Of a stretch of 64,000 nt of DNA, positions 54,636 to 64,000 are shown piece by piece. This DNA is from Paramecium tetraurelia (taxonomy: Eukaryota), in NCBI GenBank assembly GCA_000165425.1, contig CT868185.1:310001-374000 (forward strand), given 5' to 3'. Both the position numbers and the translations under genes were made by a program. A model generated the notes under the pieces. It made no database searches. It was given only the letters and a program-made list of their open reading frames with translations, and was not told where the DNA came from. Within the stretch, counting starts at the first letter, position 1. Each line of letters begins with the position of its first letter.

Positions 54636-56065
54636 TCATTGGTTATAAAGAGTTCTTCTAGTACTACTTAGAACCATAGAGTAAGGATCAGACCTTGCAC
54701 TAATCGGCTGCATTCTTACTGATTTTGGTGCTTAATTGTTTCTATTATTAGTTTCTTGATCCTTCAAAACCTAAAGGGGTAATCGTTTGCATTAATGTTC
54801 AGAGTTCTATTTGGAATCAGAGACATGATAGAATTCAGTTTTTTAAGAATGCCCTGAAATCTTGTTACTTTATTAACTTGCTTGTAAGTTTTCTACATCC
54901 TCATCATCATAAACATATGGATCAGATGGATTATTGGGAAATGTTTACAGTTATTCTAGTTATAGGATTGGTACACACTTCTCTTTAGTATAATTTTTAT
55001 TAACTATCTCATAAAGAGCCTTTTTTGCTTCAATTGTTTATTAATCACTAATTTAAGATTAATCTTACTTGGATATCTTCTCTAATTCTTTTTAAATGTC
55101 TAAATCAACTTCTAATAGTGTTTGATCTTTCTCCTATGACTATGTGGGAATCTATGAAATACTGTTTAAGGTTTAAGTGAATAGAATTTCAAATTAACAA
55201 AATTGAAGATAAGGAAGAGTTACTCTGGCTTGAATAGCATTTTATTATATAGCCTAAAAAGTCTATTCAGCCAGCAATTTGTAGACTTCCAAATCTCCAT
55301 ATTATGTTTTTACAATCTCTATACACTTCCCTCTGTCAAATATACCTTAAATCATCTTAAGTTCATTCTAATTAAAATATAGTTACATATAGTTACAGAT
55401 ATAAAATAGGTTCCTATTCCATGAAATTTGTTCTCCACAAAACTTCCTGTATAAATGTCTCCATTTTTCCATATTTATCCAATATTTGAAATTTATTAAT
55501 CATGGAAAATCCCTATCCTCTTATCGGAAGTAAACATTTTTTCTATTCCCAATCCATATGGTTTCCCTCTTTTCATCTTACCCAAATGAGTCTCTGTTAT
55601 ACCTATTGAAGAACACTAATTCCTATCCAAAATCTCCTCTAAATCCAGCAACCTGTTTTAGTATTCATCTTTTGATCTAAATCAAATGTTACCTAATAAG
55701 AGATCGACGGAATCCAAGTTATTCTCAATGCAAATCAATTCACCTCTTCTATACACAGAAACTGTTTATCCTTTCAAACATTTCCCATTCAATTACCCGT
55801 ATTCAAATCTATAGAATTCACTCTAACTAATAAACTTAAATCTATATTTATACGTATAGTTAACACATAAGCCATGAAATTTGTTATTCTTAAACTAGGC
55901 CCTAATAACATTATCATTAATCATTATAATTCCTTCCCCATGAATCATATCTTTGTGCCACTCCCCTATATATATGGCACCTTGAGCCCACCAAAATATT
56001 CCAATCCCCTCCTTAACCCCATTTTCCAAAGATCCCTAATAGATTCCATTACGATAAGCTATCAT
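54636..56065 (-). CDS. degenerate MORN-repeat protein
   Basis: GIYQGSLENGVKEGIGIFWWAQGAIYIGEWHKDMIHGEG; further G-x-G repeats; short introns. Confidence 0.8.
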
Positions 56066-56429
56066 TCAACTAATATTGCTGTTAAATTAATTCTAAAATT
56101 TATAATAAGTAGTTGATTTATTTTATATAAGAATAACTATTAAAACACTATTCAAAATAAGATACTATTACTATTGAATTGAATATATATATAAACACCA
56201 ATTTTCAAATAATATTTTAAATTATATTAATTTTGTTTGTTTCAAGGCTGAGAGTTAAAAAATAGATTTTAATAATTTGACGATGAGCCTAATTGTCTGA
56301 TGATTTCTGAGTTCTATTTCTAAAGGTAATTCAGAGACCTTTGTGTTAGGTATTTGATGATTGAATACAACTTGTTGAGTATTGAAAATTAATGAATTCT
56401 TAATAATAAAATAAATTATAAATATTATC

Positions 56430-57353
56430 ATGATGGAACATTATAAAGGGATAATGCTTTGCAATAGGCCTCAAGCATCTATTAATTTAGATTATCACAA
56501 GTAACCTGATTTCACCACATTTGTAGACCTTTTGTATCAAGAGTAACACATGCTGAACCTCTCGGTTACAATCCAGTTAAGCAACTGCAAATTCATCAAC
56601 CCATTAAATGTATTTAGCATATTCCATCAATTAAGAAATTAAACCAATATTGAGTCAACATAAGGAATGGCTCTAAAATTTCTAAAAACATGCTTAAGAA
56701 AAAAAAACTGCTTTGCATTATTCTTAAGTTCAATCTCGCTTGCACCCTGATAGGTATAGATCAAATAGTGACAAATAAACCCAATAGAGAGAGTAAAAAG
56801 CACAATAAATAACTTAACCACAACATGAAGCAACCAAAGTAGAAGAATCATAATAGGAATAATAATATTAACACGAAAATAATAATGCATTGGGAGATGA
56901 AATAATTGATGACTAAGAATTGAATGAACTATTGGATTTCACTAAGAACTTAGATTTTGAGTAATACATAAATGATTTAGAAGTATAAATACTATTGATC
57001 ATAGGTAAAAACAGTTGTTGAAGCCTTAAAAAAGAGAATAGAGGAAATACGAATAGAGAATCCACAATTATCATAAAAAGAAGCAACAAAGAAAGCATTA
57101 AAATAGAATAACAATGCTACTCAAAAACAAAGTAAAAAACATGTTACTATTTAAGAAGAATAGGTAAATATAAAATAAATAATTTTAGCTTTAAAAAAAT
57201 ACAGAAAAAAAAGAAGTTAATCTAGAAAACATAGCTAAGAAGATAGCTGAAGAAATACTTCAAAAAAACAAATACTTAAGAAATATTCATTCAAATATCT
57301 CAATGCAAAAATTGGTTGAAACTGAAGCTCGTAGGTTTCTTTAGAAAGAATGA
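56430..57353 (+). CDS. uncharacterised protein (YKGIMLCNRP...HKEWL...LLDFTKNLDFEQYINDLE)
   Basis: Spliced frame with four introns, TGA 57351-57353. Confidence 0.75.
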
Positions 57354-57402
57354 ATAAACAAATAATATAAAATTAATGTTATATTGCATATTATTTCAAA
57401 GA

Positions 57403-57892
57403 TCAGAAATCCTCTCTATCCAAGATTCTATTACACTCAGCCAGAACCTTATTTCTTTCTCTGCCAAGATAGAAGGTTTCCCCTAAATTACACATGTCAA
57501 AATATTTCTTATTGTGCTTCAAAAATTGAATTGGTTAAAAGTAGAGATAAGCAATAGGCCAAACTACAAAATATGGTGCCCAGGAGAATCTTTTTGTTTA
57601 AAACATTCTCACCATAGAGACAGCAGCAGCACATGCCCATCCATCAACAAGTGAAGTATATGTCACATCATATCGGTATCTATGATCTTAACTGAAAAAT
57701 TTACTCTCGTCTGACTACATATCCCCAATCTCTTTCTTCTTATGTCTTATAGAAGTTTGTATCAAAATCTGCAATATATTTTTAAATAAAAGCTTTTCTC
57801 AATTTAGCTGCTTGCATTTCTTCAGCACTTAATCCTCTGTTGTATTCCATCTCTTCCTTAGAATTGACATATCTACGAATTGCTCTGGACAT
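57403..57892 (-). CDS. small membrane protein, possibly a ciliate-specific mitochondrial respiratory-complex subunit
   Basis: MSRAIRRYVNSKEE...two hydrophobic segments...CNRILDREDF*; one intron; function is a guess. Confidence 0.75.
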
Positions 57893-58039
57893 TTTATTTT
57901 AATTAAAATATATTTTTAGGATATTGAGCTAAACAAATTTATCATCACAAAAATAGAAAAGATATATTCCTATTTCTATATTCAAAGTATAAAAACTTGT
58001 ATGAATGGAATCAAAATAAAAATTAAATCTATCTATAAA

Positions 58040-59771
58040 TCAATTTTGTATAGCATCTTTAAACTCTTTAAGCGAATGAATAAGATTACATTCAATTAAA
58101 TCATAATGGATTGATGGTATTATCATTACTTAATTATTCCATCCAATAATTTCTAATATCTTTTGATTGACTTTCTTTAGTTAGCAAAATTAATTGACCA
58201 AAATTTTATTTATAGGACCTTAAACTTTCTCGATTTCTTCACTTTTTAATAGAAATATCTTGTAGTTAATAACTTTGGTTTTTTCTTACAGTTGTAGTTA
58301 AGTCTAGAGTACATATATAATTTACTTTTATTGAAATACTTTTATAATTTCGACGATTAAATGAATCTTAAAGTAAATTCAAAATTAATTATAATGTTAA
58401 AACATAATTTGATTCACATTATAAATTATCTCCTTCAAAATTAATTCGTACTTATTTGATATTGAAGAATACACTTCTCAATTTATGTAAATCGTTTGAT
58501 AGCTTTTCTATATTAAATTAAACTATCTCTTAAAATTATTGATGTAAATTATTTAGTATGAGAACATTATAATATCCATGTATTGATTTGAATAGAATAC
58601 TTTATGAAAGAGAAACTAGATTAATGGTTTTAGCACTTATGTAAAGATTTTGAGACAACTTCTCTTTCTAGTCAATAATTTCATTTGTCAAATACATTAA
58701 TATTTACAAAGATTTCTTAGCATTTTCAAGACAAGTAATCAATAACCTTTGATTTCGATTCTTCTTTCTTATATCTTTGTTTAATTTTAGTATCTTTTAG
58801 TATTCGGAGTCTTCTTAGAGTAACAAGATTAAATGAACTGAGTTTTTCTCTATTATTTTGTAAATTCCAATTCTATATGCAATTTTTGAGGTTTCAGAAT
58901 AAATTTCGGACGATTTCTCCTTATCATCACCTACTAGCATATTAAAAAGTATTTATTCTAAAGTTTGAGTCCTATACAGAAATTTTTAACTATATGCATA
59001 AACTTAAAATGGCTATGAGAGAGATCGAATTTACACTATCGAATATTGTCTGATAAATGATATGAATTATTTTTAATCTTGAATGATCTTTTCTGCTTAT
59101 TTATTGATATCTACCAATTTTAGTTGATTTAATTTTTTGTCAAATTTAATTCTTATTATTTTTAATGAAAAAACATTATCCAACTATTTGTGTAGTTAAA
59201 AATTTTAATGCTTCAGTAAGAAAAATTATCGTTTCATTTTTTCACTACTCCAAATTGCCTTTAATACCAACACTAATGCCAAAATAAACATTAATTATAA
59301 TGAATTAAAATAATTCTGAATTATTGAACCTAATATCATCAATCCTATCTAATTTATTAATAAAACAAATATGTTGATTATGATATTTGAACCCAACAAC
59401 AAACTATATTGAATCATAGCTACTGTCTATCCTGCTAAAAACAGAATATTGGAATTAGAGAAAAAATATAGTAAAATAAAAATTAGGCCACCTAATGAGA
59501 TATTCATCATAGCCAAAACATAATTAAAATATTTAGGCAATATTTTTATTAACCTATGACTAAATCCAAACCCCAAAGGAATTATAATTAGAGTGTATTT
59601 CCAAAATCCAAATCCAAATGGAACAATAAATTCCATGGTAAATACACAAATCGCACTTATTGTACCTAAGCAACAAGCCCAAGTATAAAAATTAAATAAT
59701 TCTTCAAATTAGTCTTAAAAATAGAGGTTCTCCATCTCAGGGTTGTCAAATCTTAAAGAGTATTTATTCAT
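58040..59771 (-). CDS. multi-TM protein with degenerate histidine-kinase-like cytoplasmic region
   Basis: MNKYSLRFDNPEMENLY start, ~5-6 TM segments, 570 codons after removing one 22-nt intron; LQLILNLL resembles an N-box but no HELRTPL H-box. Confidence 0.7.
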
Positions 59772-59810
59772 TTTTTATTATTTGGAATTAAATTACACTT
59801 TCAAACAAAA

Positions 59811-61180
59811 TCAACCAAGCTAGATTTATTATATGTATAATGGAACCTTACCCTTACAAAGTTATTGTAATAAATGTAATAGAGAAAGATCTATTGTTTT
59901 GGAATTTATCCCCTTCTGTAATTTCTATAGAATTTTCTCCTTCACTTCCTTTCTTTATTCAACTACTTTTAATCTATTTTTAATAAAGTCTTACTAGATT
60001 TCTTCAATATTATTCTACACAAAATATATCTCTAAATTAATTATTTTCATTTTCTATTTTTTCAATCTTTTTACAATCATATTTTTCTTAATCAGGCCTA
60101 AAATGATATAGAAACAATTAAAAAACATACATTTTATGATTTTCTTCATTCTTTTCCTCCAATCCCCAATTAATAATTATAATTATCTTTGATAGCTTGT
60201 AGCTTAGAGAAAATTAATTTCTTGTATTACTACTCTCTTATAATATTGTTGTTCGGAATTTTATTGAGCATGTGTTTTCACATCTTAAAGTAATTATAGT
60301 AGGAAAAATTTAATCTTCCTATTCGAATTATTCAAAATTTGGTCTTTGATATTTGCTTCTTTATATATTTATTAAATCTCTTCCTAAATTAAATAATAAT
60401 GAATTCTCCATTATTTTACTTTTACACTTTTTTGTAAGGGGATTGCTTAAGATCTAGAATTCGCCACTTTTTTTAATTTGTTATATCTTCAGAAAAATGT
60501 TTATTACTTAATTTATTATGGATTGAAAATTTATTATCATCCTAGACCTTTTTTTTCTTTACAGTTTTAATAAAATACTTAGATACAAAGACCATTTACT
60601 AATGAGAATTGAATTAATAAAAAAAATCAATTATTATATAAATATTTATCATATTTATATTATCTTCTTTATTTTATTGTTAGTTATATTCTTGGAATCT
60701 TTATCTAAATAGAATAATTATTGTCATATCGTCTTATCTAATCTCAATCCTTAACCAAATTCACCCTGCTCTTAATCTTTTATTTTATTTTTTCTTTTTT
60801 TAATTGATTACTTAATTTTAATTAGATTTTGAACTCTTAAAGCTTCTTGATTCTTAAATTATTGTTTTTCATAACTTAGTGGTTCTTGCTACTTCTTATG
60901 AAGATTAGATCATTTCAGCTATATGTTGTCTATTCATATTCAGTTTTAATATGGATTTTTTAAATCAGAAAAATAACAGACTATCTTTGATATCCCGATA
61001 TCTGTACTAAAAAGATTTGATAGTTGCTGAACTTTATTGTGTTAAACCAATAGGAAATCCATTTTGAAAAGGCTAACATTAGGAAATAAAAGTTGAATTG
61101 TTAAAGATACATGAAATGATTGATGTTGGAGTATTAGTAATATTGAAGTTAATGATTGTACATAGAAATAATATTTGCAT
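59811..61180 (-). pseudogene. decayed coding region
   Basis: Coding-like fragments in shifting frames with several TGA; plausible C-terminus ...KGKVPLYIQQIQLG*. Confidence 0.3.
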
Positions 61181-61203
61181 TATTTTTGAATAATTTATAT
61201 AAA

Positions 61204-62255
61204 TCAAGCCCAGACTTGACCTCTGAATTGAATAGCTCTGGAATTCTTCCATCCCTTTTTGAAATGATTGTAATAAACTCCATCTCTAACTGCATACATT
61301 TCCCATCTAAAGGATTAAAATAAAAGGTTACCTGAGAGAAAGATTGTTTCTGTAGAATCCTCTTGTCTTCAAATAAGCAAATGGATAGATTAATGCAATT
61401 CCTGTTAAGAACATGTAATATCTAACAGTCTTATCAGGTCTTTGGAAACCGCTTCTTCTTTAAACAAATTGGATGAAATTAGTGACATCGAATGCCATTT
61501 ATGGAGTTGATGCAGGAGTGCCATCCTCATAATCGACAAGTCCTTAACAGTTAATTTTATATCGTACCATCATGCAATTATCTGACCATACCAATGATCA
61601 TGTGATCAAAATAAGGGTTGTATGCCTTTCCTTTTGGAACATCTAAACCTTAGTAAGGCTTGTAGTGATATCCGGTCAAAATGTTATAAATATAGTTGAC
61701 GCCTCCAGGTCTAAGTCTGATTTTAGAAAAGTCTGTTGGCCATACACCACCGTTAGCATTTTTGGCTTAATCTTAAGAGAAGTAGGGAGGGTAGATTCCT
61801 AGTCATTAATTTAATTTCTTACTGTCATGGATATATCTATCTCTCTCGTCCCATTCCTAATAATAGAATTGTTTGAAGTGATGATGAGCAGGGTGAATAG
61901 TGAAATTACTTACCAATGCTGCCAACTCTAATTGCTTGTAAACTTTATCCAATAAAACATCATATTTTTTATACACAATACCATGACAATTGGCACAGTT
62001 TCTAGAGAAAACAAGAAATCTAAACTATCACTATTTTTCATACCCTCTTCTGACACTGGCAGAATCAAATGTGCCCAAGAATCTATATTATGGCCATGAC
62101 ATATGACCTCTATGTGTACCCACTTCTGTCACTTGCTCTTCATATCCCTTGATACCCCAAAAGGCACCAATATCATCTCTGTACAACCAGGCATGAACAG
62201 TCTTGTCCTATTAGGTCATCAACATTCCAACTCCTAAACAGAAAAGAGCCTTCAT
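61204..62255 (-). CDS. CYC1: cytochrome c1 (complex III)
   Basis: FDSASVRRGF.VF..NCANCHG heme motif, AKNANGGVWPTDFS, YNPYF, YEDGTPASTPQMAFDV, C-terminal TM helix; four introns. Confidence 0.95.
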
Positions 62256-62954
62256 TTTTAAAATATTTAATATCTGAATAAATATATTTAACAATATTTA
62301 TTGCAAATTTATGAAAACAAATACTTCCATCATTTTATGAATATTCAGATCTTATGAGTCACTTTTGATGGCATTAAACTAATTCAGCTAACTTAATGAA
62401 TTTTATTACATACATCTTCCAATGTATTGCAATCTATTAATATTTGGTTTTCATGAATTATTGAAAAATCAGACTTTTAATTTTCAAATCTCTATATTCT
62501 ATCCTTTAGGGAAACTTTAAGGGATTAGTTATATAAATTCTTGTATACATCCTTAATTTCTAAACAAAAATTTATCTATTCTTTATAACATCACAGATCC
62601 CTAAAATTCGATGAGTAATCCTAAATTATTTCAAAAAGAGTAAATAAAATTCTAATATCTATTTAATTTATCACCTATTTCCATAGTAGACAAATCTTAT
62701 AAAATACTTCCAATTTTAGATTAGATTAAATTTATAAATTAAAATACGAGAAAATACTTAATTTTAATTTGATAATATATATTAAATCCAAGAATTGAGA
62801 ATTTCATGATAAAATATCATTTGAGTTTTTTCTCATATTTCCAATAAGGATACTAATATATTATGAATACTTAAATCCTTCAAAATCGTCTTGCTTTACT
62901 CTTCTTTCAACATAATAAATGCTTATAATATAATTTTAATCAATTATATTATTT

Positions 62955-63885
62955 ATGTTTTCTAGAATATTTAAGCAAAGTTACTTGACTAAGATTGCTT
63001 TATTTTCAACAGCCTCTTTTATTTATTGGGGTAGCAGAAAGAATTAAAGCGAAGAAGTCTTTTAGATATTACACAAATAGACATAGAATTCTATTGTAAA
63101 ATTTTTTCTGAATGGCAGAATTATAGGATAAGGAGCAGTTTTGAAAAATGGATATGTAGTTACTAGCTCTGAAGTGTTTGAGAATTAGCAATTACATATT
63201 ACAGCATAGATAAATGGCTAACTTTATAATTATGAAGTTTTAAAGGTGGAAGAAGGAATAGCCATCCTAAAAATATAAGAATAGAAACCTTAGTTTAATC
63301 TCTCGAAATATGAAATAGGATAAAATGTTTATGTTTTAGGAACTGACGAACAAGGCCTAAAAGAGTTTTTACAATGCCCTATTACAGATAGCAATTTCAC
63401 ATTAGACATCCGTTTAGTTGGTGAGGAAGCCTTGAATTAAACCTTTCCTTTTATTTTGATGAATGGATGTTCTTCTAGTCCAGGAAGTATGAGATGATTT
63501 TAATTAATGTGTAGGTCCTGTTTTAAATAAAAAAGGAGAATTGTTAGGGATAATAAATGGATAGTTTAGAAATAAGACCTAGGTGGTGCCATCCACATAT
63601 TTTTAGGGACTAGAAAATGGAAGGAATATTGTTAAGCCTTATTTGGGATTAACTTTAAAAACCTCAGATCAGGGAGGTGCTTTTATCATCAAAATCAATT
63701 CTGACAGTCCCGCAGAGAAGGCAGGCTTGAAATTAGGAGAAATAATTAAGTCTATTGATGGAGTTACCATTTAACATGGGAAAGATGTGACAAAGTTGTT
63801 GGGAGTAACTGAAAATGCAGATAGTCATGTGATGGTGGTGTTGAGAAATGGAAAAGAGAGAATTGTAAATGTTAATCTAAAATGA
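62955..63885 (+). CDS. HtrA/DegP-like trypsin-fold + PDZ protein lacking the catalytic triad
   Basis: GQGAVLKNGYVVTSSEV, GIAILKI, GQNVYVLG, SSPGSPVLNKKGELLGI, KPYLGL, DSPAEKAGLKLGEII; one intron. Confidence 0.85.
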
Positions 63886-64000
63886 GAAAAATTTTGAGAG
63901 TATTTTATACTTTATTTAATATTAATATACAAGTAACAGTATATAATTTGTATTTGAATTTATTATTTAAAATAGAGCATCATGTTTAATAATAAATCAA

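Noticed and set aside
56299..56340. SECIS-like ATGA...AAA...GA hairpin
   Set aside because: The GA quartet is out of register and the element is not in the 3' UTR of any TGA-containing gene.

Overview
AT-rich, extremely gene-dense eukaryotic DNA that reads in the ciliate nuclear code (TAA/TAG = Gln, TGA = only stop) with tiny 20-34 nt GT-AG introns, consistent with a Paramecium macronuclear scaffold. The supplied standard-code ORF track therefore fragments or misses almost every gene, and all models below were re-read by eye with code 6; boundaries include introns. The window holds about 40 protein genes or gene relics and one U2 snRNA gene. Recognisable genes include MORN proteins, B9D2, a cAR-like 7TM receptor, proteasome RPT4, a Mei2-like RRM protein, calcineurin A, a pepsin-family protease, two MBL-fold/rhodanese fusions flanking the 2-oxoglutarate dehydrogenase E2, F1-epsilon, a sterol desaturase-like gene, a BAR protein, GH31, OSCA/TMEM63, a DBP2-like helicase, cytochrome c1 and an HtrA-like protein. 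Most notable: (1) a 27-bp TA-bounded IES-like insert carrying the only stop in a 765-codon GH31 frame; (2) a 77-nt intron in the DBP2-like gene, about three times the normal size, whose extra ~55 nt form a long palindrome; (3) a bacterial-type persulfide dioxygenase-rhodanese pair sandwiching DLST; (4) an amino-acid transporter with four in-frame TGAs and no frameshift; (5) divergent gene pairs only 13 and 27 bp apart; (6) three intact pseudoenzymes. Family assignments rest on motif recognition only; no searches were run.
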